IMG/VR virus record: IMGVR_UViG_3300037067_026718
Location: 32,001-96,000 of that record
Direction: 5' to 3' (one strand)
DNA from: a virus
Taxonomy: Duplodnaviria > Caudoviricetes
DNA: 64,000 nucleotides
Shown here: one piece after another, positions 33,983 to 42,771 of the stretch
Layout of the letters: each line of letters opens with the position of its first letter
How positions within the stretch are numbered: the stretch's first letter is position 1
Notes under the pieces: model-generated
What the model saw: the letters and a program-made list of their open reading frames with translations, nothing else
Told to the model about the DNA's origin: nothing
The model's database searches: none
Made by a program: the position numbers and the translations under genes

Positions 33983-36487
33983 TTACTGGCCCAGGTTGGC
34001 CCAGAAGGACGCTACCTTCTCGACGTCGCCACCTGTGGCTGCCATGAGCTTGTTGTTGACCCTCTCGGCCACCTTCTCGAAGAACAGGGCTTCCTTGGCG
34101 GCAGCGATCTTCTCGAGCATGGGGTTGTGGTCCTGGGCTTCCAGAAGGGCTGCGAGCTTCTGAAGGGAAGCTTCCCTCTGGGAGAGGGCTCCACCGGCGA
34201 AACCGGCGCCACCGATTCCGAGGGCCGCGAGGAGGGCCGGAACCTTGAGGTTGCGTTTGCCACCGATGCCAGCGATACCCTTGCTGCCACCGATGCGGGA
34301 CATCAGCTCAGCGAGGGCCGGCTTCTGCTTGCCCTTCAGAAGGGGAAGAAGGGCGGCGAGGGGACTGGCCTTTGCCCAACCGGGCATGGCTCCATAGCCC
34401 TTGGCTGCCGCGGAACCGAGGCCCTTGGCTGCCGAACCGATGCCCTTGGCGGCTGTACCGAGAGCCTTCTTGTCGGTGTTGTAGATCCACTTGGCTGCAC
34501 CGGTGTTGGCGCCCATGATGGCCTTGAGGGCCTTCATGAGGCCGTTGTCGCTCTTGCCGCGACCAAGCAGGCTGGCGAGGTTGGGGGCTGCGCTTTTTTC
34601 CATCATCTCACTGATCTGAATGATGGCTGCGATCTTCTCGGACTTCGTCATTTCTGTTCCTTCCATCAGTGCTGCAATTTTCTGCAGGCTTGCCGTTCTG
34701 TCTCTGTTCAAGTAAGCCGCGGTACCCAAGCCACCCAGACCAAGGGCGGCTATGCCCGATTCTACTGGACGGTTACGCATGTAACCAAGGACGCTTTCTC
34801 CTCCTCTTCCGATTCCCCTCATGGCCTTCCCGGGGATTCCAGCGAGGTCTCCCAGAAGTTCACGGATAACCTCTCTGTTCTTTTTCCTTCTGGCTTCTTT
34901 CGCCAAGTCCACCTTGGAAAAAAGGCCTCCAAGCAATGTCTTGGGGAAAATCTTACGGTTGAGCCTGTAGTTACTCCTGAGAAAAGCGGCCTTGTTCATC
35001 GTATCATCCCTTTCCAACGAAGAGTTTTTCTTGATGGCGCTTCCTATGCCATACCCTGTTCCAACCAACCCTATGCCAGCAAGAGCCGCCGGCAGTCTGA
35101 GATCTCTCTGTGCGCCTACTCCCAGCAGCCCTCTGCGGCCCTTGAGCGACCGAAGTACTCCTTCGATACCGGCAGGCTGCAACTTCATCGCCAAGCTGCC
35201 AAGGCCTTGGTTGAAGCGCCTCCAAGGCATCAGGCGACCGAACATGATGGCCTGGGCGATGGCGTCGTGGTTGGTTGTTTTGGCCTTGATGGCACCGATG
35301 GCCTGACGAGTATTTTCTCCACCCTTACCAAGCCCCATATTGCCACCGAAGCTCTTCAAGGCGTTGATGAAATCTTTCCCTGAAGTAAGCGTGTCTGCAA
35401 AACCCTTGGGAAGAAGCCGCTGCACGAGTCTAGTATTCAGAAGTCTCATCCCAATATTCGATGCAAAACCGGCCTCTTTCAACATCGAGGCGGTCCTTTC
35501 GGGAAAGACATACGCTGGCCGTCTCTCGCGCCGGCGTGTATTGGCAAGTCCAAAGGCCAGTCCGCCAACTCCCAGACCTGCTGCGGCCAATGCAGCCGGA
35601 GTCATGAGATTCCTTCTGGCGCCGTAGCCCATGATGCCTTCGCTGCCTCCGAGCCTGTGAGCAATGCCGGTCAAGCCTCTGGGATTTGCAAAGGCGCCGA
35701 TGCCGAGGTTCTTCATGAGGTTGATGAACTTCAGGGGATTGATGCCCTTGGTTACCCCCATGTACGTGTTGATTGTCTTGAACAACTTGTAGAACTGTTC
35801 TGCAGTCATGCCGGACTGGGCTGCTGGAGCACTGGCAGCCGCCGGGGCAGCCGCCGCTACTGTTGCTCCTTTTCCACCAAAAAAGCGTTTGATCGCCGGC
35901 CAGACGGCATCCATCCGCCCAGCCTCTTTGATCAAGGCATGTCTGAGCGATGCCTTCTTGAACCTGCTGGGGGCCCAGGCGGCTGCCAGCGCAGCAGTCA
36001 AGTCTGGCGGTTTTTGGTGAAGCCTCTTTATAATATCATCCGAATTTGTAAGATCAAGACGAGGTGAATTTCTTCGACTTTTAATGGAATCGTAAGCTCG
36101 CTGAATCAAAGCTTCTCTATCAGCAGTTGCTGCTTTTCCACGCCAGCCACCAAAAAAGCGATTTAAGGCATCCATCCATCCGGCCTCTTTGACCAAAGCA
36201 AGTCTGAGCGATGCCGGCTTGAACTTGGGATCATCATTTACGGCAACCTGACTGACGGGCGGCGTGACAGGGGTATTGAGCGCAGCCATGAAAGAAGAAG
36301 CCGGTCCTCCCTTTCCGCCAGTGACGGAATTGGCAGCCTGTCTCCCTGCGGTCTGAAAGGTATTCAACGGAAACTTGTACTTGGGACCTGGGACACTTGA
36401 TATGGCATCAAGAGTCGGCTGAGCTGCCGAGCTCATTTTGGCCAGTTCCACCAACGCTGCCAATTTTCTGCGCTTCATACTGGTCAT
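33983..36487 (-). CDS. Gly/Ala/Lys-rich modular polyprotein with many KxA motifs (putative internal virion protein)
   Basis: 834 aa; repeated KEAG/KIAA/KLAA/KVAS motifs separating cationic amphipathic modules that end in Gly-rich hydrophobic helices. Confidence 0.75.
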   Translation of the reverse strand: MTSMKRRKLAALVELAKMSSAAQPTLDAISSVPGPKYKFPLNTFQTAGRQAANSVTGGKGGPASSFMAALNTPVTPPVSQVAVNDDPKFKPASLRLALVKEAGWMDALNRFFGGWRGKAATADREALIQRAYDSIKSRRNSPRLDLTNSDDIIKRLHQKPPDLTAALAAAWAPSRFKKASLRHALIKEAGRMDAVWPAIKRFFGGKGATVAAAAPAAASAPAAQSGMTAEQFYKLFKTINTYMGVTKGINPLKFINLMKNLGIGAFANPRGLTGIAHRLGGSEGIMGYGARRNLMTPAALAAAGLGVGGLAFGLANTRRRERRPAYVFPERTASMLKEAGFASNIGMRLLNTRLVQRLLPKGFADTLTSGKDFINALKSFGGNMGLGKGGENTRQAIGAIKAKTTNHDAIAQAIMFGRLMPWRRFNQGLGSLAMKLQPAGIEGVLRSLKGRRGLLGVGAQRDLRLPAALAGIGLVGTGYGIGSAIKKNSSLERDDTMNKAAFLRSNYRLNRKIFPKTLLGGLFSKVDLAKEARRKKNREVIRELLGDLAGIPGKAMRGIGRGGESVLGYMRNRPVESGIAALGLGGLGTAAYLNRDRTASLQKIAALMEGTEMTKSEKIAAIIQISEMMEKSAAPNLASLLGRGKSDNGLMKALKAIMGANTGAAKWIYNTDKKALGTAAKGIGSAAKGLGSAAAKGYGAMPGWAKASPLAALLPLLKGKQKPALAELMSRIGGSKGIAGIGGKRNLKVPALLAALGIGGAGFAGGALSQREASLQKLAALLEAQDHNPMLEKIAAAKEALFFEKVAERVNNKLMAATGGDVEKVASFWANLGQ
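35874..36224. repeat. intragenic direct repeat (two copies, period 261 nt)
   Basis: ggcatccatcc..cc.gcctctttga.caa.gca.gtctgagcgatgcc..cttgaac at about 35874-35963 and 36147-36224. Confidence 0.75.
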
Positions 36488-36525
36488 ATGAAAGATTCCT
36501 TTCGGATGATTACTCTCTATCCACT

Positions 36526-36553
36526 ATTGTACCGCAAAACGCGAAGAACGCAA
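36526..36553 (-). promoter_or_regulatory. sigma-70-type promoter, 16-bp spacer
   Basis: TTGCGT-N16-TACAAT upstream of the polyprotein. Confidence 0.7.
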
Positions 36554-36602
36554 GTGTCAATTACAGTGGTGATGAAAGTATAAAAAAATAATAGGCTGCC
36601 GG

Positions 36603-36633
36603 AAAAAAATAAAAAGGGGCGATGCCGCCCCTT
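36603..36633 (-). terminator. intrinsic terminator
   Basis: AAGGGGCG-GCAT-CGCCCCTT followed by TTTATTTTTTT. Confidence 0.8.
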
Positions 36634-36761
36634 CGTTTTTTACCACTTCAAGTATTTTCCAGTGGCTTTGCAGAAAGGCTGAAGGTGTCCCATCCCGCCT
36701 GCCTTCATTCCTTTCCCCGCCACGAGCAAGAAGATTATCTTGAAGACACGAAAAACTACCT

Positions 36762-37199
36762 TCACTCCTGGCCTCCCTTCAGTTCGGAGAGTTCCTTTAC
36801 CGTTGCTTCTACCGACAGTCTGGCCGTCGACATCAACGAGTAGTGAGGCTGGTCTTCGACAAGACCTACATGGCCCAATGGTCCGCACAGAATGGCCGAC
36901 CAGAGCCAAACCGGGACGGTTACCGTTGCAGCCCTGGAACACGACCAGATAAATCTGGCTTTGGCCATAAGCGCATACCACGGGGATCCCGGCACTACTC
37001 CTATGTCTCGAGCTACATGGTTCACGATCTTCCCGAAGAACGACCGATCGATGGCAATCGTGGCATTGCCATACCTGCTTTTATTGATGTTGATTACGAT
37101 GCGGAGCGCCTTTGTCAGAGCCTCCTGAAGGCTTCCTATCCCAAAGTGTGCATTGACTACTTCGACTAAAGCCTTCTCCACCGGGCTTTCATGTTTCAT
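36762..37199 (-). CDS. hypothetical phage protein
   Basis: 145-aa ORF, GGAG RBS. Confidence 0.65.
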   Translation of the reverse strand: MKHESPVEKALVEVVNAHFGIGSLQEALTKALRIVININKSRYGNATIAIDRSFFGKIVNHVARDIGVVPGSPWYALMAKARFIWSCSRAATVTVPVWLWSAILCGPLGHVGLVEDQPHYSLMSTARLSVEATVKELSELKGGQE

Positions 37200-37548
37200 G
37201 CCCCGCTCCGCGCATCTGTTTTGTCACACCCTTGAAGATGCCTTTCATCTGTTCCAGCCATGCATCAAAGCATTTCTCTACAGACTCAGGGTCTTCGGTA
37301 TGATAGGTTGCGGCAGAAGCAAGGGCGGTTTGAAAAGAACTGAGGTCTATCGTCCCATGCGACTTGAGCATCCCGGCCACCAACAACAGGTCCCCCGGAA
37401 GCCCGTCATTCTCCGTATGCACAAGATTGTCTACGATAGCCTTATGGTTTGCTTCAATCATACCGGCACATATGCTGATGGCTACAAGGCCACCGATATG
37501 TGTCGATAACGACTGCTGAAGTGCTTCGATGCTCTCGGTGCTCATCAT
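37189..37548 (-). CDS. hypothetical phage protein
   Basis: 119-aa ORF, ATGA overlap. Confidence 0.65.
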   Translation of the reverse strand: MMSTESIEALQQSLSTHIGGLVAISICAGMIEANHKAIVDNLVHTENDGLPGDLLLVAGMLKSHGTIDLSSFQTALASAATYHTEDPESVEKCFDAWLEQMKGIFKGVTKQMRGAGHET

Positions 37549-38363
37549 GCTCCCATCGAAAGCCAGTACTTGGCTGTGTGTACTACATCGGGGTCGTCAA
37601 AGTTTTTTGCCAACCACTTGAGGTATCCCGGGTCGATGTAGCGAAAAACCTGCTGATAGGTTTTGCCTTCATGCTTCCCAAAGGTGAGTCTCTTGAGTAG
37701 GATGGGGCGGTGTGAAAGGGCGGCCAGACGATGTATTGCTTCATCGATGTCGTTTTCGCCCCTGGATATCCAGCAGTCTGCATCTTGGAGTGACTTCATT
37801 ACGAAGTAATGGAACAAGGAAGTATCGACCAAGGAGTCGTAGAGTGCTGAATGTGCTCCCGTGGTGTCCATCAGTGGGATTACATTCTTCTTTACCGATC
37901 CCCAAAGACCCAAACGATACTTGAGGGCCTGGAGGGAATGGCTCGTGATTTCCTGCTCCGGGTCGAAATGTTTGGATAGCCTGAGTGTGCATATGATGGA
38001 TCCCGAAGACGCACGGTATGATTCGAATATTCCAGGAAACTCTCTGCTTACGATCGGAATGTCGTACGGAGCGTTGTGACAGACGACGACCTCAACGCCA
38101 TTCATGAAATCTCCCACAAATGGCTGTATCTCAGAACAGGTAGGGCAATCAGCCACGTCCTCGTTGGTGATGTCGTGAACGGCCATGGCGTCGAAAGGAA
38201 TCAGAACTGGAGGCTTGACTCTCTTATTGAAAGTCTCGATTATGGAATCTTCCAGGTTGCCGTTCAAAAGACCGGTATCGATCTTGACCATACCGACCTC
38301 TACGATATGCGCCTCTTCTGATTTGGAACTTGTTGTTTCGGTATCAAGCATGACGACGTGCAT
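37545..38363 (-). CDS. DEDDh 3'-5' exonuclease (ExoX/DnaQ-like) with a C-terminal FGKH domain
   Basis: LDTETT, VHDIT, HNAPYD, AHSALYD, LTFGKHEGK...DPGYLKWL. Confidence 0.9.
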   Translation of the reverse strand: MHVVMLDTETTSSKSEEAHIVEVGMVKIDTGLLNGNLEDSIIETFNKRVKPPVLIPFDAMAVHDITNEDVADCPTCSEIQPFVGDFMNGVEVVVCHNAPYDIPIVSREFPGIFESYRASSGSIICTLRLSKHFDPEQEITSHSLQALKYRLGLWGSVKKNVIPLMDTTGAHSALYDSLVDTSLFHYFVMKSLQDADCWISRGENDIDEAIHRLAALSHRPILLKRLTFGKHEGKTYQQVFRYIDPGYLKWLAKNFDDPDVVHTAKYWLSMGA

Positions 38364-38397
38364 ATTGCCCCCTCTTTTGTTTTTTCATTTATTGCTG

Positions 38398-38766
38398 TTA
38401 TCTGACTGTCTCCATTAAAATTTCTGCAGCCTCCGGACATATGGCTGAAGCCTTCTCTATGAGCTGGACTGTAAGGGCGCTCCATGATATCCGTACGCCA
38501 TCTTTCTCGCCGTGATCAAAGGCTTCTTTTACCTCTTGCCATGAATCCGCTATAAAGGCCCAGGTGCGGTCGATGGATCTTCCTTTTTTCAGAACAACGA
38601 TCACGATGGATTTGCCTGCCGTCAGATAGACTTCGAACTCGGTCCATCCCCGGCCTTCCTCTGCCCTGTTCGCATGGTCGGGTTTGGTATGGGCGAGCCT
38701 TTCACCCCTGAATTTCAACGAAGGACCGTTGACTCTTCTGATGAGGATGACGTTAGACTCGCCCAT
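38398..38766 (-). CDS. hypothetical phage protein
   Basis: 122-aa ORF, AGGGAG RBS. Confidence 0.7.
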   Translation of the reverse strand: MGESNVILIRRVNGPSLKFRGERLAHTKPDHANRAEEGRGWTEFEVYLTAGKSIVIVVLKKGRSIDRTWAFIADSWQEVKEAFDHGEKDGVRISWSALTVQLIEKASAICPEAAEILMETVR

Positions 38767-38777
38767 GTTGTTCTCCC

Positions 38778-39176
38778 TTATTCCGTTATGTTCTTGAGGG
38801 TAAGCCTGAAACCGGCTTTGTACTCGTCTATGATCTCCCCGGGCAGCGCCGTGTTGATTGTCTGGCGAGGACCGAAGAAGTTCTTGTTAAGGCCATCTGA
38901 TGTTTTGCCATCGACATCAGGAAGATAAGACATCGTCCACTGCCCCAGCTTGGGGTTCCATTGGACTATGCCTTTCTGGCCTACGGGGACTACGGGAGGA
39001 ACTATCGACTTGATGTTGGGCATTACGACTATGGAGTCGCCATCGCAGATAGGCGCTCCGTCGGCATCGTAAAAGCCTGTGAACTCGGGGGCATTCTTCG
39101 CTTCCTGCGGAAGAAAGGGCCTGACATCAATGAGTGCGCTTCCGACGCTCCCGACTCGATACATGGTTGTTTTCAT
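38778..39176 (-). CDS. YopX-like protein
   Basis: EFTGFYDADGAPICDGDSIV resembles the YopX motif QYTGLKDKNGKEIYEGDIV; start MKTTMY. Confidence 0.6.
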   Translation of the reverse strand: MKTTMYRVGSVGSALIDVRPFLPQEAKNAPEFTGFYDADGAPICDGDSIVVMPNIKSIVPPVVPVGQKGIVQWNPKLGQWTMSYLPDVDGKTSDGLNKNFFGPRQTINTALPGEIIDEYKAGFRLTLKNITE

Positions 39177-39339
39177 TTTCGTCCTTTCGTTTTTCTTCTT
39201 CTCTGATAAGGCGCAGAAAAGACTCACCTATCCTGTCAAGCAATGCGAATGCATCGCCCTTGAGGACCCCTTGGCATGGTCCGTCATCCCTGCGCCTGGG
39301 CCAAATGCAACTGACCTCTGCATGATTCGTTCGAGGCAT
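39127..39339 (-). CDS. hypothetical protein
   Basis: 70-aa ORF with a strong AAGGAGG RBS. Confidence 0.45.
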   Translation of the reverse strand: MPRTNHAEVSCIWPRRRDDGPCQGVLKGDAFALLDRIGESFLRLIREEEKRKDENENNHVSSRERRKRTH

Positions 39340-39718
39340 GAGCCCCCTCCTTCCTCGATCGTTTCTTGATGCAGTGGTATTCCAGGGTTCTATCGAACAT
39401 CCAGGTAGATATATTCAAGATGCGGCAGAAATCTTCCCTGGTCTTGTTACTGTAGAATTCCACCAAAGAGCTTCGGTTCATGTTCCGGACATGGGCTGGC
39501 AAGTTTTTGGCAGCCTTCTGTTTCAATTCGAACCATCCGCTGTATTGGGGAAACCCGGAAAGGTGGACCGGTATTGACACTCCCCAGGACGACAGATTGC
39601 GAGAAATGGTGGTTCTGTCAACGCCATACCTATCCGCCATGTCATTGATGGACACGCCTTCGTAGACTACGCCACGAATGATATCCCTACGAGATGATTC
39701 CAGCCCTTTTCGCCTCAT
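39284..39718 (-). CDS. helix-turn-helix DNA-binding protein
   Basis: SINDMADRYGVDRTTISRNL and a second HTH-like segment. Confidence 0.65.
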   Translation of the reverse strand: MRRKGLESSRRDIIRGVVYEGVSINDMADRYGVDRTTISRNLSSWGVSIPVHLSGFPQYSGWFELKQKAAKNLPAHVRNMNRSSLVEFYSNKTREDFCRILNISTWMFDRTLEYHCIKKRSRKEGAHASNESCRGQLHLAQAQG

Positions 39719-39908
39719 GAACCTGAATGGCCCCGCATCGACGCGCTCTCAAGATCGAAGCCGTCTTGGCAGGGTCTTCTCCTTTCATTTTTTGGAAGAT
39801 GCCCATAATATAGGGCCAGTCTTCGGAGTGGCCGGCTTTCTGAGCCTGCTCTTTGGCTGCAGCCCACAGCGCTTCGTCTTTTGGTGTTTTAACGACATTG
39901 ACAGGCAT
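39687..39908 (-). CDS. small conserved phage protein with a KTAS motif
   Basis: MPVNVVKTPKDEALW..AK...DWPYIMGIFQKM; TAATAATG coupling. Confidence 0.7.
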   Translation of the reverse strand: MPVNVVKTPKDEALWAAAKEQAQKAGHSEDWPYIMGIFQKMKGEDPAKTASILRARRCGAIQVHEAKRAGIIS

Positions 39909-39910
39909 TA

Positions 39911-40378
39911 TTACTTGGCCGCCTTGATCATGGTAAGAACTTCATCCCGTGTAGGGAAGCCGGCTATGTCGGAATGCTTGAGATATTCAGAAGGTCTTGT
40001 TTGCTGCCATGGGCAGCTTCTGAGAAGTTCTTTGAGTTCGGCTATGCCTTCGTTGGCAGACTTCAGCTCCAGGTGGAAATTGGCTTCCCTGATCGGTTTG
40101 AGATCGCTGGCAAGGGACATTATGGTTCCTTCCAAGCGGCCCATCTGCTCTCGAGTTCTCGACTCGCTTTCACTTACCCTCTGATTGAGGCGTACTTCTA
40201 AACTAACTAAACTTTGGTCTACTGTTTTCTTCTGGTCATTCACTAGCTTTTTAGTTTCAGCTATTTCCTTGCAATTGTTTTCCGTTTGATATTTCATGCG
40301 ATAAAACATGCCGGCAAAGCCAAGCAACATGAATAGGAACTGAGCTATCGCAATCCAGTCTCTCAACTGTAATCCCAC
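39911..40378 (-). CDS. membrane-anchored coiled-coil protein (holin-like)
   Basis: N-terminal TM and coiled coil; GGAGG RBS. Confidence 0.65.
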   Translation of the reverse strand: MGLQLRDWIAIAQFLFMLLGFAGMFYRMKYQTENNCKEIAETKKLVNDQKKTVDQSLVSLEVRLNQRVSESESRTREQMGRLEGTIMSLASDLKPIREANFHLELKSANEGIAELKELLRSCPWQQTRPSEYLKHSDIAGFPTRDEVLTMIKAAK

Positions 40379-40425
40379 GATCTTTGCCTCCGAGTTTGTG
40401 CTGAACTCACTTGGTTTCTGTCTTC

Positions 40426-40453
40426 ATTATATCCGAGTCCAGTTAAAAATCAA
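40426..40453 (-). promoter_or_regulatory. sigma-70-type promoter, 16-bp spacer
   Basis: TTGATT-N16-TATAAT. Confidence 0.65.
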
Positions 40454-40773
40454 GAGGCAAGAGGCGATGGGATGACATTCAGAGTATAGATGTACTCGTA
40501 GACATTACTGTCCGTGTCGCTGAATATCACAGATACAGAGTAGTCGGGAGGAGATGCTTCCCCACCTTTGATGGTAAAACGAATGGTTCTGTAGTTGGCG
40601 CCGATGACCGATGCTTCTTCAAGCATGGCTTCAGTGACGTCTTCACCCTCGGAATTGATGATGGTGACCTCGAGGGAAGCCAGGACTATAGACGAGTTCT
40701 TCAGCCTTATCTCTGGGTCTACAAGCAGGAACGGCCGGCTTTCATTGCTTGTCTTCTGAATGTACATGTCCAT
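40450..40773 (-). CDS. putative virion structural (tail adaptor-like) protein
   Basis: Acidic and beta-rich; QKTSNE...TIKGGE...YSVSV pattern; GAGGAG RBS. Confidence 0.6.
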   Translation of the reverse strand: MDMYIQKTSNESRPFLLVDPEIRLKNSSIVLASLEVTIINSEGEDVTEAMLEEASVIGANYRTIRFTIKGGEASPPDYSVSVIFSDTDSNVYEYIYTLNVIPSPLAS

Positions 40774-40802
40774 GAAAACTCCTCTCTGATCGTTCTCTCT
40801 CT

Positions 40803-40830
40803 ATTATATCCCTCGAGGGCTCGGTGTCAC
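40803..40830 (-). promoter_or_regulatory. sigma-70-type promoter, 16-bp spacer
   Basis: GTGACA-N16-TATAAT. Confidence 0.65.
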
Positions 40831-41240
40831 TAATGACGGGTTGGGAATCCGCATTCAGTCAATACGGTTCTCAGGTTGATCACGCTTTCACGAACAAGGA
40901 AAAAAAGAAAGCCGCGCTCCAATGCCTTGTCTCTGAATTGGACCTGCTCGTCCGAAAGCCGCCCTGTCTTGGTCTTCAGCTCGATGAACACGCCTTTCTT
41001 GTCCGGGAAGTTCGGGGGGGTGTCCATGATGAAGATATCCGGTACGCCTGGCTTCACTCCTCTTCTCTTGGCTTCTGCCCCGAATCGGCGACAGTACTCT
41101 TCGGGAGCTTTCATGGCCAAAGCAGCTCGATACGAGTTCGGGCTGGGATGGTACCAGAAAAGATCTGTCCGGTGATCTAGAAAAAAAGCACACTGTTCCT
41201 GGAGTATGTCCTCGATGTTACGATTCCGCCTAGCTGCCAT
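40830..41240 (-). CDS. VRR-NUC domain nuclease (PD-(D/E)XK)
   Basis: EDILQ, GVKPGVPDIF, FIELKTKTGRLSDEQ; start MAARR (GGAGG RBS). Confidence 0.88.
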   Translation of the reverse strand: MAARRNRNIEDILQEQCAFFLDHRTDLFWYHPSPNSYRAALAMKAPEEYCRRFGAEAKRRGVKPGVPDIFIMDTPPNFPDKKGVFIELKTKTGRLSDEQVQFRDKALERGFLFFLVRESVINLRTVLTECGFPTRH

Positions 41241-41356
41241 TTCAAACCTCCAAGTAAAAGAGAGACATGATTGTCTCTCTTGATGATGAAGGGGGACACA
41301 AGGAAGAAGAGAATGCCCACCAGGATCATCAGAAACATTCTGAACATACCGAACAT
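41177..41356 (-). CDS. small membrane protein (59 aa, not in the ORF track)
   Basis: AAGGAG RBS; MFGMFRMFLMILVGILFFLVSPFIIKR. Confidence 0.45.
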   Translation of the reverse strand: MFGMFRMFLMILVGILFFLVSPFIIKRDNHVSLLLGGLKWQLGGIVTSRTYSRNSVLFF

Positions 41357-41415
41357 AATGCTCCTTGGTAAGGGGCCCAGCGACCTGGACCCCCAACCGG
41401 TTGAGGACTCGAAGA

Positions 41416-41622
41416 CTAGGCGGCCTTGCCCTTGGCAGGAGCCTGGGTGACCTCGGCGACGGTTTCGGTCTTGTCGGTCTTGGCTATGACGCCTCTGACC
41501 TTCGAGACGAAGCGCGGAAGGACGAACACGGAAAGGATTGCCAGGGAGATCATGATGAAGACGGTGGTGCGAACGGCCTTGGACACGAGGCTACGGACGT
41601 GGTTCTTGGTGGTGATGAGCAT
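41416..41622 (-). CDS. small membrane protein
   Basis: One TM; GAGGAGG RBS. Confidence 0.65.
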   Translation of the reverse strand: MLITTKNHVRSLVSKAVRTTVFIMISLAILSVFVLPRFVSKVRGVIAKTDKTETVAEVTQAPAKGKAA

Positions 41623-41772
41623 AAGAATTCCTCCTCAAAGGATCGCCTATTGGTTTTTCGCGCTGGGGAGGAAGGCGTTCACCTCTCCCAGCATTATATT
41701 TATATCTTTTTATATGCGTTTTTTCCATGTTTTTAAGGGCTTTTGTAAGGCTTGAAAATAGGGCATAAAAAC

Positions 41773-41800
41773 AAAAAAGAGCCGCGGTTAAGCGGCCCTT
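41773..41800 (-). terminator. intrinsic terminator
   Basis: GGGCCGC-TTAACC-GCGGCTC followed by TTTTTT. Confidence 0.7.
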
Positions 41801-41817
41801 CTTTGCAACGCGAACAA

Positions 41818-42024
41818 TCAGTTTTCCTGGCTGAACTCTCCGCAAGCCTCCTGGCTTTTCTTGACCGGTGGGATATGCGTGTAGACTTCAGGCACTGGAT
41901 TCCCTCCTGCTACCTTCGGAGGTTTGATCGCGATGAGATCAGCCTTGGGAGGATATCTTTTGCAGTACCCCTGTTCGGGGTCTATCCCGGGCTTGAAATG
42001 ACGGCACTCTCCGCAAGTACGCAT
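41818..42024 (-). CDS. small Cys-rich phage protein
   Basis: CGECRHF...GYCKRYPP...PPV...ACGEF. Confidence 0.7.
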   Translation of the reverse strand: MRTCGECRHFKPGIDPEQGYCKRYPPKADLIAIKPPKVAGGNPVPEVYTHIPPVKKSQEACGEFSQEN

Positions 42025-42042
42025 TGATGGTTCCTTTCTAGT

Positions 42043-42465
42043 TTATTCGCTGATAGCGAAGATCAGCTCGATGACAGGGGCTTCTTCTTCCCCTACGTAT
42101 ACATACACTATAGGATTCCCGTCACTATCAACAAGGACGGGGAAAAGGAAGTTGAAGCCGAGGAGGCCAGGAGCCAGTTGTGTCAGGTTTATGGCTGCAT
42201 CGACAGCAACAGGGGAAACGATGGCTTCCGTGTCGTCGTTCACCGACCAAAGGATAGAATTGCTGCGGGTCGGAGCAGTGTTGTAGGCCATGCCTACAGC
42301 ATCTTCGACATCACTGGGATAAAAAACCGAAACACGAGTGGCCGTGCTCATGGGGATGGCATCTACCAACCCATTCTTCCCGAAACGATCTCCTCCCAAA
42401 ACAGGCACAATGTACTGAGCTCCTGCCTCATCGAAGGTAATGTTGAGCTTGACGATCGTGATCAT
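42043..42465 (-). CDS. putative virion structural protein
   Basis: Acidic beta-rich 140-aa ORF, ATGA overlap. Confidence 0.6.
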   Translation of the reverse strand: MITIVKLNITFDEAGAQYIVPVLGGDRFGKNGLVDAIPMSTATRVSVFYPSDVEDAVGMAYNTAPTRSNSILWSVNDDTEAIVSPVAVDAAINLTQLAPGLLGFNFLFPVLVDSDGNPIVYVYVGEEEAPVIELIFAISE

Positions 42466-42767
42466 TTGATAACTCCTCGCTTGAAGGCGTCTATGCCCCA
42501 GTTCCTGGGCTTGTTACTCTTGAACGGGTTGGTAGAAGACATCGGGAGCTTTTTGCTTGTAGGAAGCCTGTAGGAGCCCGGGAGCTTGCTGCTGAACGAC
42601 TGCTTGAAGGCAGTGTCCGCGGCTTGAGAAACATTCAGCTTGGGTGGCTTTATTTTAACTCCAGATATCGATGCCTTCTGTATCTTTGGGATCTGAGGTA
42701 TCTTTGCCTTTATGGCCTGGGCTCGTTTGACCATGGCATGAAATACTCTCCCTGCCTGAGAAGTCAT
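42462..42767 (-). CDS. basic low-complexity protein with a KxA leader
   Basis: FHAMVKRAQ leader; Lys/Pro/Ser-rich. Confidence 0.6.
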   Translation of the reverse strand: MTSQAGRVFHAMVKRAQAIKAKIPQIPKIQKASISGVKIKPPKLNVSQAADTAFKQSFSSKLPGSYRLPTSKKLPMSSTNPFKSNKPRNWGIDAFKRGVIK

Positions 42768-42771
42768 CAGA

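Noticed and set aside
41693-41720. TATAAT upstream of 41416-41622 as a member of the 16-bp promoter family
   Set aside because: No TTG-type -35 at 16-18 bp; it may be a promoter of another class but is unsupported
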